Sequence record: OP310983.1
Strand: one strand, 5' to 3'
DNA length: 64,000 nucleotides
Both the position numbers and the translations under genes were made by a program. The notes under the pieces were generated by a model, which saw nothing but the letters and a program-made list of their open reading frames with translations, had not been told where the DNA came from and made no database searches. Below, piece by piece: positions 22,871 through 33,629 of the stretch (its first letter is position 1; each line of letters opens with the position of its first letter).

Positions 22871-25186
22871 ATGGCCCACGGTGAAACTGGGTTATATCCA
22901 TTCGACCCCAATGGAACAAATCCCCAGAACTTTATTAAAGGTGAGCGCCAAACTCTCCAGGTACCAGATGGTGATGATTATTATTTCATTATACCATTTG
23001 CTGCACCTTTCTTTGTAGATTCATTACGACTATTTAACCCACTGACCAATCAGACTTATGTAGAAGGTGTTGATTACCTTATTGGGCATTGGTTTATTGA
23101 AGCTATGGAATCGATAGGTAGACCTATCGCTGGATCTATACGTATCATGAAGCGTTCGATAAACGCTATGATTGGTATGGATTATCGTACAATAGGTGGG
23201 CAATGGGGATTTAGTAATCAGCAGATCCTGGCTGAGCTTGCACGCAAACAGTATAACCCCTTGATTCGGTCATGGGGTGCAATTGGTCCATTACCTGCTT
23301 CTTTCCCACCTTTAGAACACAATCAACCTATTGATTCATTAGTAGGTAGTAAAGAGATTCTTGAAGGTATCGAAGGGATTATAGAAGCTATCCGTGCTGC
23401 GGCTGCCGGTACAACTGACCAACATATTCATGATTATAATAACCCACACAGGGTAACTAAAGCACAAGTTGGCTTGTCACTAGTTCCAAACTATGCAATG
23501 GCAAGTGATCAACAGCATTTAGATGCTAATCGTAATGATCTATTTACGAACCCACGTGGTACATTAGCATTAGTTAATAAGTTTGCCGTAAATCCGCTTA
23601 ATGCCCACATAGCGGCTAGGGGTAACGTACACGGTCTAACAGCAGCTGATATTAATTTAGGTAATGTTCCTAACTACCCAGCTGCAACACCAACTACTGC
23701 GGTAGACGTAACTAATGATTCGGTATTATTAACACCTTATACTGCATCTATTCTCTATAGTCAGATTGGTGATGCTTCTAGAATTAATGAACTAGAAGAG
23801 AAACTTAATCAACATATTAGTAATGAAAATAACCCACACGTTGTAACTGCCGACCAGGTTAATGCATATACTAAAACACAAGTTGATCAACTACTGGCAG
23901 GACTAGGTGGTGGTGATGCTTCTACCTTTGGTGGATTAACACCTGAGCAATGGAAAGATGAATTCCCATCATTCGGTGATATTGAAAGGATGGCAGCCGG
24001 CTATAACGCTAACTGGGATGATGTACAATTAAAGATAGATACATTACCAGTTATTGTGGATGATACTAGTGAATATGACCGAATGGAATTAATTCAAGGT
24101 GTCACGGCAGGTTTCCATGCTTATGCTGGATTTAATAGTTGGTGGGATTGTACAATTGTCAGAGATGACTGTGTAGTTCATCCTAAATCGCCAGCTAACC
24201 CTTATGCTGTTATACCAGAGCGTTTAGGATATGCTCAGGAATCCTGGGTATCTCACCGATATGGTCAGTATTGGGTAGAGAATGGTGTAGCCAAGTCAGC
24301 ATGTATCGATGAAACTAAAGTCGATGAGATGATACCAATTCCAGTAGAATGGACTGCACCTATAGATGGAAATATTCCTTCAAGTATCTGGGCGAATAAA
24401 ACATCTCTGTATATGTTAACAGGTAAGTTCATCTTTAGTTCAACAGGTGAATCAGCAATCTTTGAGCACCAAGATCTTTATCGTTGTGTTAAAGGTGGTA
24501 CATCTGAACTATTAGTACCTGCTGCTAATAAACCATGGGCTATATTTACCAATACTGAAGACACCTATCCTGGTGAAATGACAGTTGTTGTAAACATAGG
24601 TCCAGCTAGCAGTGCTGACTATGTATATACAGCTTATGGTATCCCAAGCTTCATTAGTGCTTTTAATGATTTTGTTAACAACACAATTAAACCATTGAAT
24701 CATGTTATTGATTCAATGTCAATTGGTTGCACCCACATCATCATGCATTCAATAGATCCATTAGTTGCTCCTGAAGATTATACATCTGAATCTAGTAAAG
24801 TACATGTCATGGAAATCATCCGCAATGGTAATGATACATCCTTTATGGTTATCTCGCCATTATGGTTTGATGGACGTGGTAACGATGTAACTGCTAATGT
24901 AAATAGTAACCCAATTGGTGGTGTATCAGGATTGTACACACATTACACAGTGATGTATGGTGATGGCCAAATCGCTTTCTTCGGAAATAACGATAATGGA
25001 CAATGTGACGTAGATGACCATGCTGGACCATATATTCAATTGGCAGCAGGGCATAATTTCACTGTGACAGTAAATACTTTGAATCAAGTCATGTTCTGGG
25101 GAGATTCACCTGATAACTCCTTATTATGGAATGGCAGGGGTACACGTGTGAAACATATTGAACCAACTCCACCCACTGGTCCATAA
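22871..25186 (+). CDS. gp131: baseplate/tail-fibre-tip protein with NPH repeats and C-terminal beta-propeller
   Basis: 771 aa; N-terminal PFDPxGTNP anchor, HxxxxxNPHxVTxxQVGL repeats, RCC1-like C-terminal blades. Confidence 0.85.
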   Translation: MAHGETGLYPFDPNGTNPQNFIKGERQTLQVPDGDDYYFIIPFAAPFFVDSLRLFNPLTNQTYVEGVDYLIGHWFIEAMESIGRPIAGSIRIMKRSINAMIGMDYRTIGGQWGFSNQQILAELARKQYNPLIRSWGAIGPLPASFPPLEHNQPIDSLVGSKEILEGIEGIIEAIRAAAAGTTDQHIHDYNNPHRVTKAQVGLSLVPNYAMASDQQHLDANRNDLFTNPRGTLALVNKFAVNPLNAHIAARGNVHGLTAADINLGNVPNYPAATPTTAVDVTNDSVLLTPYTASILYSQIGDASRINELEEKLNQHISNENNPHVVTADQVNAYTKTQVDQLLAGLGGGDASTFGGLTPEQWKDEFPSFGDIERMAAGYNANWDDVQLKIDTLPVIVDDTSEYDRMELIQGVTAGFHAYAGFNSWWDCTIVRDDCVVHPKSPANPYAVIPERLGYAQESWVSHRYGQYWVENGVAKSACIDETKVDEMIPIPVEWTAPIDGNIPSSIWANKTSLYMLTGKFIFSSTGESAIFEHQDLYRCVKGGTSELLVPAANKPWAIFTNTEDTYPGEMTVVVNIGPASSADYVYTAYGIPSFISAFNDFVNNTIKPLNHVIDSMSIGCTHIIMHSIDPLVAPEDYTSESSKVHVMEIIRNGNDTSFMVISPLWFDGRGNDVTANVNSNPIGGVSGLYTHYTVMYGDGQIAFFGNNDNGQCDVDDHAGPYIQLAAGHNFTVTVNTLNQVMFWGDSPDNSLLWNGRGTRVKHIEPTPPTGP

Positions 25187-25198
25187 GAGGATTTAAAA

Positions 25199-25531
25199 AT
25201 GGCAGAAGTTACACGTCAAGAGATGGATGCTCAAATAAATGCTTCTATTAGTAATCAAGGCTTATTTACTAAGGCAGTCCTTAATAAATTCATAGCCGTT
25301 ATTAATAGGATCAATGGGCATATTGCAGCTAGAGGTAACCCACATAATCTGCAACCATCGGATATTGGTCTTGGTAATGTGGCTAACTATCGTCCAGCTA
25401 CTAAGAAGCGTGCACAAGAAGGTTTCAATAACACTACGTACATGACTCCTAAACGGACAGATGATTATAATCGAGTGCACATATACGGTCCACTTGCGAA
25501 ATTATTTAATGACGCAGCAGACCGTCTATAA
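25199..25531 (+). CDS. short NPH-repeat tail protein (gp132)
   Basis: HIAARGNPHNLQPSDIGLGNVANY repeat as in gp131. Confidence 0.75.
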   Translation: MAEVTRQEMDAQINASISNQGLFTKAVLNKFIAVINRINGHIAARGNPHNLQPSDIGLGNVANYRPATKKRAQEGFNNTTYMTPKRTDDYNRVHIYGPLAKLFNDAADRL

Positions 25532-25544
25532 ACATCTGACCCGG

Positions 25545-25580
25545 CATAAGAGACACAGCCAAAAGCTGTGTCTCTTTTTG
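25545..25580 (+). terminator. intrinsic terminator
   Basis: AAGAGACACAGC-caaaa-GCTGTGTCTCTT-TTT. Confidence 0.8.
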
Positions 25581-25605
25581 CTGTTTCAGTTAAAAGGTAT
25601 TTCTT

Positions 25606-26994
25606 ATGTATAATCCTATTTTACAATTACCATTTGATCCATTAGGTACAAATCCAGATTGTTTCATTGGTAGCGAGCCTCATACTCTAGTTCAGTATCA
25701 GGGATTCGACTATAGAATCATCAAGTTATATCATGGTGGATTCTATACAAAAGGGTTAGAAGTTTATGATGGTAAATATAATCGTTTAGTTAAAGATATT
25801 GATTATATTGTTACTTATTATCACAAAGATGCTAGTGCGTATGTCGGTCAAGAAATATGTTCAGCAATTGTTTTCTTAAAAACACCTAGTACACCAATAG
25901 TGTATACTTCAGCTCACATGGTAGGCGGTGATCTAGCGTTTAGTTTCACAGTTATCGACGATTATATTAACTGGTGGAAAACAAATGGTAAGCCAAAGCC
26001 AAAAGATCTCGACTACACTGGTAACGAACCATATTGGAAAGACGGTGAGTTAGTTGGCGAACGATGGCATCTTGATACGTATCAGCCTTATAATAACGAG
26101 ATGGAGTGGATAACACAGGCACTCATGGCTGGTGATACAAGCGGTGAAGATGAATACCGTAGTAAAGTTAAAGAGATTTATGATGAGTTCTTAAAGAAAT
26201 TTAATGATCGCCTAGAAAAACATATTCAAGATAAAGCTAATCCACACAAGATTACCCCAACTAATGTTGAACTAGGTTTAGTTAATAACTTTCCATTGGC
26301 TACTCCAGCCATTGCTCAACTAGGTCAATCTAATGCACATTATCTAACACCGCAGTTAGCATATGGCGTATTAGATGAAATAGCTATAAAACCACTTAAT
26401 GCCCACATAGCTCGCCGTGATAATCCACATAAAGTCAAAAATACGCATGTACAGTCGTATTTGAAAAGTGATTTTGATTCACGAATTACTGGTAAATATT
26501 TAAAGACTGATACAGTAGCTAATACTAATATGGTTTATTATAAACCTAAAGGGCAACCAACTGCTACTTTAATGGGTTATAGCGATCTTATTTGGTGGAT
26601 GCGTAAGAACTTTGACACAGACGTGAACTTTACAGCTGGCGATGGCCAGAGTAATGTCATCAATATAAATCGGATTGGTTCCGGGGCAATGGGACAATGG
26701 AAAGCACCACTCCGTGGGAATGGTATTTTTACACACTTTGATCAATTAGCCACAGAGTATTCATTTCCGGTTAAGTTAAAGTTTTATGCACTAGGATTAC
26801 AACCATCCGTGCAGGCAGCATTAGATTTCTGTAGAACTAACTTTACTAATCTAGATACATGGCCTATTGGATCTACTGTATTCTTTACTATTAAAGAACA
26901 GAAAATCCAGGCAGCTGGTAACGGATTGATTTTCGTTGATTATACTCCTAACTACGTGTGTTTCCGTTCACAAGGTGGCTGGGTAATTCCATAA
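25606..26994 (+). CDS. tail fibre/baseplate paralogue (gp133)
   Basis: LPFDPLGTNP N-terminus; NPH repeats; paralogue of gp131/134/135. Confidence 0.8.
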   Translation: MYNPILQLPFDPLGTNPDCFIGSEPHTLVQYQGFDYRIIKLYHGGFYTKGLEVYDGKYNRLVKDIDYIVTYYHKDASAYVGQEICSAIVFLKTPSTPIVYTSAHMVGGDLAFSFTVIDDYINWWKTNGKPKPKDLDYTGNEPYWKDGELVGERWHLDTYQPYNNEMEWITQALMAGDTSGEDEYRSKVKEIYDEFLKKFNDRLEKHIQDKANPHKITPTNVELGLVNNFPLATPAIAQLGQSNAHYLTPQLAYGVLDEIAIKPLNAHIARRDNPHKVKNTHVQSYLKSDFDSRITGKYLKTDTVANTNMVYYKPKGQPTATLMGYSDLIWWMRKNFDTDVNFTAGDGQSNVININRIGSGAMGQWKAPLRGNGIFTHFDQLATEYSFPVKLKFYALGLQPSVQAALDFCRTNFTNLDTWPIGSTVFFTIKEQKIQAAGNGLIFVDYTPNYVCFRSQGGWVIP

Positions 26995-27005
26995 GGATAG
27001 TTTAG

Positions 27006-28379
27006 ATGAATCCATTACTTTTACCTCTTCCATTTGATGAAACTGGAGAGAGTTATAGTAACCGAACAAAGGGTGAATACCATTCACTAGCAAAACAGAA
27101 AGGATTCCCCTATCGCATCATCGTGATGGATAAGGGTTACTTTTATACTAAAGGAATGGTTATCAGAGATGGTAGGCAAAATGAGTTAAATCCAGAGATG
27201 GATTATCAGTGCACTGGTATTAATCCGGAGGTAATCGAGAAGACTGGACTTGAAGCTTGTTCAGTAATTGTCATTACAAAACAAGATGTCCACGAGGATA
27301 TTTACATTGATGCTCAGATGTGCGGTGGTATATACTGTAACCTTGCCCCTTCCATATCTGAGCATGCTAACGCTCTTTTAAATAATACCCGTAAACCACA
27401 TTGGTCTAATATTTTAGATATTCCTGACCAATTTAAACCTAATGGACATATGCATGCCTATTGGGAACTTTATGGTTTTACGCCTAGAGTTGTTAAGTTA
27501 AAAGAAATAACTGACTTATTAAAGAAAAGCTCATCAGACTCATATGACTCCATTTTAGATGAGTTTAAATATCAGTTAAGTCTAATAGAAGCTGATCTTA
27601 ATACAATTGAAGCACGACTTACTACACACATCAATGATACCACCACTAACCCACACCAGACACGTAAAGGGCAAGTGGCATTAGGTAATGTTTATAATGC
27701 TGGCATTGCAACTGAAACACAAGCCAAACAGCCAAATGGTGCTATCATGAATGTCTATGCTACGCCATGGTCAATGAAGTTATCAGTTGATACCAATTAT
27801 ACAGTTCAATACCTGGCACACGTTAATGATGTCACCACTAACCCACACAGGGTAACGGCTGAACAATTAAATACGTATACTGTTACTCAAGCTAATATTT
27901 TACTAAATCAAAAATTAGATAAAGGTAAAACAGCCAATACGTCTAAACTTTTATTTGGTCAAGATGTTTATAGCATGGGTGAAACAGTACGTGCTAAAAT
28001 GCCTTTAAGTGTATTGACGACTGGTCGACTAGCACCTGGTAGGATTGGTAATTCAGCTACCTGGCCAGGCCGTGATTGGACATTGATGCCTAATGGTCAA
28101 TGGACTCATTTCGGTTTTATATTTAATCGCTTCCAAAAAACAGGAACGATGGTCCACTGGAATAACACCAACTTTAAGTCTATTCAAGAAGCAATTGCTT
28201 TCCATAACACATACTTCTCAGATCCTGAACAATGGTGGCCTGGTTCGTTAGCTATTTGCCATTACGATCAAGAATTCGTTATTGGACATGGCAATGGTAC
28301 AACAGCTACTTCCTATAGGAATACTCTATTCCTACGTAAAGTTGGATCAACGTGGACTAATATAGGGGAACCGGCATAA
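27006..28379 (+). CDS. tail fibre/baseplate paralogue (gp134)
   Basis: LPFDETG N-terminus; two NDxTTNPH repeats. Confidence 0.8.
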   Translation: MNPLLLPLPFDETGESYSNRTKGEYHSLAKQKGFPYRIIVMDKGYFYTKGMVIRDGRQNELNPEMDYQCTGINPEVIEKTGLEACSVIVITKQDVHEDIYIDAQMCGGIYCNLAPSISEHANALLNNTRKPHWSNILDIPDQFKPNGHMHAYWELYGFTPRVVKLKEITDLLKKSSSDSYDSILDEFKYQLSLIEADLNTIEARLTTHINDTTTNPHQTRKGQVALGNVYNAGIATETQAKQPNGAIMNVYATPWSMKLSVDTNYTVQYLAHVNDVTTNPHRVTAEQLNTYTVTQANILLNQKLDKGKTANTSKLLFGQDVYSMGETVRAKMPLSVLTTGRLAPGRIGNSATWPGRDWTLMPNGQWTHFGFIFNRFQKTGTMVHWNNTNFKSIQEAIAFHNTYFSDPEQWWPGSLAICHYDQEFVIGHGNGTTATSYRNTLFLRKVGSTWTNIGEPA

Positions 28380-29770
28380 TGATTACTTTTTTACCATTAG
28401 ATCTAAAAGCTAAATTAGCATCTAATTACATTGTAGATGAGGATCACACACTTATTCAAGTCAATAATAAAACACATCGCGTACTTATGTGTACACATGG
28501 TGGTTTTTATACTAAGGACTTTAATCTACGTGATAAGAAGACTGGTTTATCTTTAAACAAAGATCAATATAAAACAACCTATCTTTATTCACAGTTATCT
28601 GAAATGACTGGCTTAGAAGTAATGGGTATTGTTGTAGTAACTGATCCTAATGTTAGTCCTAATGTCCAAGTTACATATAGAGCAGTTGGTGGTTTCTTTA
28701 GTATTTCAGCATTAGAACTTAAAGCTGTTTTTGATAAACTTGAATTAGATGAATTAAGTTTCACTTGGGATGATATTATTGGTAAACCCGATGCATATCC
28801 GCCTGCACCTCACGGCCATGAATATTGGCAGATTTATGGCACAGATACAATGGTAACTGAATTAAACCGAATAGCACACGCTTATCGGGTCGGTAGAAGT
28901 GCCATGGATAATGCTGCCGATGATTATTATAAAGTTTATCTCACTGATGCAAAAACCGCTGTGGACGATTATAGAGATCGAGTTACAGCACACTTAACTG
29001 ATTATAATAATCCGCATGCTGATGATCGATTCAAGTTAATTCCACCGCTTGATAAGATATCCAACTGGGGTTTTGCTACTGAAGCTGAGTCAGTTAATAG
29101 AAACGTAAATAATAAATACATGCCAATTGGTGGTATTTATCGTATTCTTAATATTGATACGTTGGCTAAACTTGCAGCACATATTAAAAACTTTAATAAC
29201 CCACATGCTGTCACAGCTGACCAAGTTGGATCATATACCAAACCAGTGATGGATTCTAAAATAACTCCATTATTAGGTATTAATGAACAAGCTGCTAATG
29301 CGACCACTATTGGTGCTACTACTAATAGTCAGGGTTATCCAGTTACTGGAACAGGTAAGGTATATCAGAATTTCTGGAATGATGTTCGAAAAGATATTCC
29401 AGCTGAAGAAGTAACTAGTGGCGTATTTAAATGGAATGCATTAGGTAAAGGTAATGCATCAATATTAAATGACCCTGAGAGATATTATCTAGCGAGCGAT
29501 GGTACTTGGCAAGACTGGGTTGAAGCTTTTAAAGAGTGGAACAAAGATAAGATTAAAGCCATTACCTTAGGTCAGGTAAATAGTGAAGCAGAAGCATTAA
29601 ACACGTTAAATACGATGTTTACAGATAATACCAAATATCCTGAAGGCACTTACGCTGTTGTAGGTGTTAGAACTAATACCCCCTTTGAAGCCTATTATTA
29701 CCAGCAATATGTAGCAGTTAGAAATAATGGTACATGGCGTTGGATGATTCGAGCTGGAGCACTTGTATAA
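28379..29770 (+). CDS. tail fibre/baseplate paralogue (gp135)
   Basis: TAATG coupling; FLPLDL N-terminus; NNPH repeats. Confidence 0.8.
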   Translation: MITFLPLDLKAKLASNYIVDEDHTLIQVNNKTHRVLMCTHGGFYTKDFNLRDKKTGLSLNKDQYKTTYLYSQLSEMTGLEVMGIVVVTDPNVSPNVQVTYRAVGGFFSISALELKAVFDKLELDELSFTWDDIIGKPDAYPPAPHGHEYWQIYGTDTMVTELNRIAHAYRVGRSAMDNAADDYYKVYLTDAKTAVDDYRDRVTAHLTDYNNPHADDRFKLIPPLDKISNWGFATEAESVNRNVNNKYMPIGGIYRILNIDTLAKLAAHIKNFNNPHAVTADQVGSYTKPVMDSKITPLLGINEQAANATTIGATTNSQGYPVTGTGKVYQNFWNDVRKDIPAEEVTSGVFKWNALGKGNASILNDPERYYLASDGTWQDWVEAFKEWNKDKIKAITLGQVNSEAEALNTLNTMFTDNTKYPEGTYAVVGVRTNTPFEAYYYQQYVAVRNNGTWRWMIRAGALV

Positions 29771-30372
29771 TGAATAATCCGTTATCACTCCAAGAACTAT
29801 CTTTAGCTACTGCACCTACTGAAGATAAAGTAAAAGTACTATTAATGTTTAACCGTACTTCTGAGGTATTCCTACAAAGCGTGGGCTATCTACCTTTAGA
29901 TGCATTTGATGCTAAGTCACGTGAGCACACCATTTTTGTTGAAGCAGAAATGGGTACTTATGATGTAGTCGTAAGTAATACACCTGGTAAACAACCTACC
30001 CTTTCTGATTGGAAGATTGTTCCTAAAGAAGAAGCGCCACAAGTGATTACTGAAGATCACTTAAATAGTAAAGTGGCCTACAAAATTACTGAACGCTATC
30101 CAGTGGCTGAGCAAATTAATATCCTTGCACGTGCAATTAAACAGCTAGCTGAAAAATATGGTCAAGAGTTAGATGAACTAGAAGAAATGCTTGATTATAT
30201 TGATCTTGTTAAACGAACTAATCGCGCGCATAAGGAGGCCCTAATTGAGAGCCCAGACGTTATCTATAAATCCAGGGAAGATCTCGACGCTGAGAAAGCA
30301 CATCGATATGCAGGTGGCCTGCATGAGCTTATCGGCCCACGAAAGATCGACCAGGGACGTGTTTTCAGCTGA
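29770..30372 (+). CDS. putative tail-fibre assembly protein (gp136)
   Basis: TAATG-coupled start at 29770 (MNNPLS); ITERYPVAEQINI resembles fibre-chaperone motifs; function inferred from position. Confidence 0.5.
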   Translation: MNNPLSLQELSLATAPTEDKVKVLLMFNRTSEVFLQSVGYLPLDAFDAKSREHTIFVEAEMGTYDVVVSNTPGKQPTLSDWKIVPKEEAPQVITEDHLNSKVAYKITERYPVAEQINILARAIKQLAEKYGQELDELEEMLDYIDLVKRTNRAHKEALIESPDVIYKSREDLDAEKAHRYAGGLHELIGPRKIDQGRVFS

Positions 30373-30805
30373 ATTTGCAGCTGACCTTGTATCTTATCTG
30401 GATACACTGGGTGATTCCTGGTGGTTTAATCGGAAAAAAATTAATAGTATCCCAACCAAAGGTATCACTGAATGTGATTATTGGTTTTTAGGTCATAACC
30501 AAATGCCAGTGGAATTACGGGAATTACTATTTCATATTGCACCTAAGGTAGAAGGTGCTTGGTTAGGCGAAGTTCTAATCAACCGATATGAAATTGGTAC
30601 AGGTATGCCTGAACACATCGACCAAGCTGTTTATCGTTACAACATGGTTATTGCATTAAATGACAATGGCGATGGTATAACGATCAATGGTGAGTTTTAT
30701 CAGGATGTACCAGGTAGGGCTACTATTTTTCCAATCCGTTCAGAGCCACATGAAGTCCCTCCAGTTAAAAATAAAAGATACGTCCTTATATATCTCTACG
30801 AGTAG
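30323..30805 (+). CDS. 2OG-Fe(II) dioxygenase (prolyl-hydroxylase-like fold) (gp137)
   Basis: H-x-D (EHID)...H (PHEV)...R (KNKRY) facial triad plus 2OG-binding Arg; start moved to ATG 30323 after AGGTGG. Confidence 0.75.
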   Translation: MSLSAHERSTRDVFSAEFAADLVSYLDTLGDSWWFNRKKINSIPTKGITECDYWFLGHNQMPVELRELLFHIAPKVEGAWLGEVLINRYEIGTGMPEHIDQAVYRYNMVIALNDNGDGITINGEFYQDVPGRATIFPIRSEPHEVPPVKNKRYVLIYLYE

Positions 30806-30813
30806 GGTACAAC

Positions 30814-31302
30814 ATGGCAATTAAACTTAAGACTCTATCTAAGGCAGAACTAAAAACATTAACAAAGCTTAAAGGCGAAGTTTCATTTAGAGACTCATAT
30901 GGCCACCGTATGCGAGTTGGCACTAATGGCCTTAAAGCATGTAGTGTTTATAATACTTCAAAATGGTTTAATTGGACTGCTAAACAGCGTAAAGAAATTA
31001 AACCAATTTTAGGCGAAGAACTATTTAACAAAGCATTACAAGTATGGTTTTTAGATTTCCCCAAAATAGATGGATTTCTAGATGAGATGAATTATTGGGT
31101 AGATAAACCCGAGTCCGGTACTATTCTTGCTTGGAATATTGGACCTGATGCTAAGTTCATTTTAGATGGCGAAGAACTATTAATTGGAAAAGGTGAAGGA
31201 TTAGTATTTCATCTATCCCAATTACATGAAGTAAAACGTTCCCATAATGGACAATCATGGATCTGTGTAATGGTACGTGGTGCTCCTGAAAAATTTGCTT
31301 AA
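30814..31302 (+). CDS. degenerate 2OG-Fe(II)/cupin-like paralogue (gp138)
   Basis: GEGLVFHLSQLHEV matches the distal His strand but HxD is replaced (FLDEM). Confidence 0.55.
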   Translation: MAIKLKTLSKAELKTLTKLKGEVSFRDSYGHRMRVGTNGLKACSVYNTSKWFNWTAKQRKEIKPILGEELFNKALQVWFLDFPKIDGFLDEMNYWVDKPESGTILAWNIGPDAKFILDGEELLIGKGEGLVFHLSQLHEVKRSHNGQSWICVMVRGAPEKFA

Positions 31303-31304
31303 CA

Positions 31305-31335
31305 GCATAAATCCCCTCCATGTGGAGGGGAACTC
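31305..31335 (+). terminator. hairpin/terminator
   Basis: GCATAAA-TCCCCTCC-atgt-GGAGGGGA. Confidence 0.65.
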
Positions 31336-31367
31336 TTACAAATTTACTCAATAGTACAGTGTACTAA

Positions 31368-32294
<927 letters not shown>

Positions 32295-32296
32295 AT

Positions 32297-32860
32297 ATGC
32301 TTAAGCTTCCAGCGAGTGATGAGCCATTTCGGGTACTAGCATTAGACCCTGGTTCACAAAACCTCGGCATAGCTATTCTGGAAGATAAGTTGGATGGAAG
32401 TAATAAGGTGGTACGTAATGCATTTACCTGCCACCTTAAAGATACAAATCCGGCATATGCTGCCATCTCCGAGGTTCATGGTAGTAGATTTACTAGAATG
32501 CAGCAAATGAGTGATGTGGTACTAAATATACTACATACTGAAAAACCACATGCAGTTATTGTAGAGTCTAACTATCTTGGTAAGTTTGCCCAAAGCTTCG
32601 CTGTACTTGTAGAATGTGTGACCTATGTACATAGAGCATTATACGAGTATGATAGATTTATACCTTTATACATGATTGATCCTACTACAGTTAAAATCAA
32701 TGCGGGTATGAAAAAAGTAAAGGGTACTACTAAAGATGATGTTAAAGAAGCAATGCGTTCTCGTACTGACATCACATGGAACATCGATATAGATAGTCTA
32801 GATGACCACTCTATGGATGCTTGTGCGATAGCTTACTACTACCTTACTAGGATTGTTTAA
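32297..32860 (+). CDS. ruvC: RuvC-like Holliday junction resolvase (gp140)
   Basis: VLALDPGSQNLG, VIVES, IDPTTVK, DDHSMDACAIA catalytic acidic motifs. Confidence 0.85.
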   Translation: MLKLPASDEPFRVLALDPGSQNLGIAILEDKLDGSNKVVRNAFTCHLKDTNPAYAAISEVHGSRFTRMQQMSDVVLNILHTEKPHAVIVESNYLGKFAQSFAVLVECVTYVHRALYEYDRFIPLYMIDPTTVKINAGMKKVKGTTKDDVKEAMRSRTDITWNIDIDSLDDHSMDACAIAYYYLTRIV

Positions 32861-32875
32861 CAATTCGAGGTAACA

Positions 32876-33382
32876 ATGTTCCTATTAGCAGGTATACGAA
32901 AAATAATTGGTAGCGTGCCATTGCATATATGGTTACTATTAGTTATTCTGATAGGTGCCTTAATTGGTATCATATATTACAAAAATAGTTATGAGACGGA
33001 ACTTGTTCGCTCTACAGATTTAATTGGAAAAATTAAATCTTATGAAGCGGCAGAAAAGGTTAGGATTGAATCAGATCGTATCTCCGATAAAATTCAAGCT
33101 GAACTAATTACTAAAAAGAAAGAGATACAAAAAGAGCAGGCGCAATCACGCACTGAGGTGATTGATGAGTACATTAGTTTATCAGGTCGTGGATATACTC
33201 CACCTGTATGGCCTGAGGTTAAAGCTAAAACAACTAATGGGGAAAGCACCACTACTGAGATTAAACATGAAACTGACACAAAAAAAGATAACATTAATAA
33301 GTCTATTAATGCTATTGCTAAACGGATGTACGAGCACTACTGTGCCGCCTCCCGTGAAAATACCAGTTGCAATCCCAAGTAG
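32876..33382 (+). CDS. inner-membrane spanin (Rz-like)
   Basis: N-terminal TM (IWLLLVILIGALIGIIYY), periplasmic coiled coil, distal Cys; overlaps a lipoprotein gene. Confidence 0.75.
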   Translation: MFLLAGIRKIIGSVPLHIWLLLVILIGALIGIIYYKNSYETELVRSTDLIGKIKSYEAAEKVRIESDRISDKIQAELITKKKEIQKEQAQSRTEVIDEYISLSGRGYTPPVWPEVKAKTTNGESTTTEIKHETDTKKDNINKSINAIAKRMYEHYCAASRENTSCNPK

Positions 33383-33629
33383 TTTACTTCTCCCTTGCGA
33401 TGTGGAAGCCCCACCTACAGCTAATGAGATCATCAATGCATTAGATAGATATAAAGCTGTTGGGGTTACTGATGAGAATGAAGCACGTTTCTTACTTATG
33501 ACCGAACATTGGCTTTTACAAACTGATGCACTTGGACTATGTAATATCCAAGTAGACAAATTGCGTGAATGGAACGAACGTCAACGTAATTTGGAGAATA
33601 GTCATGACCCTAGAGGACGTTCTGATTGA
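33267..33629 (+). CDS. outer-membrane spanin lipoprotein (Rz1-like)
   Basis: Start ATG 33267: MKLTQKKITLISLLMLLLNG|C lipobox, Pro-rich PPPVKIP, SLLLPC, helical C-terminus; alternate frame inside the i-spanin 3' end. Confidence 0.8.
   Translation: MKLTQKKITLISLLMLLLNGCTSTTVPPPVKIPVAIPSSLLLPCDVEAPPTANEIINALDRYKAVGVTDENEARFLLMTEHWLLQTDALGLCNIQVDKLREWNERQRNLENSHDPRGRSD

Larger units (their letters stand above)
23440..27856 (+). repeat. NPH-repeat family with exact DNA microhomologies across gp131/133/134
   Basis: TAACCCACACAGGGTAAC at 23440 and 27839; CTTAATGCCCACATAGC at 23597 and 26395; CACCACTAACCCACAC at 27641 and 27833. Confidence 0.75.
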
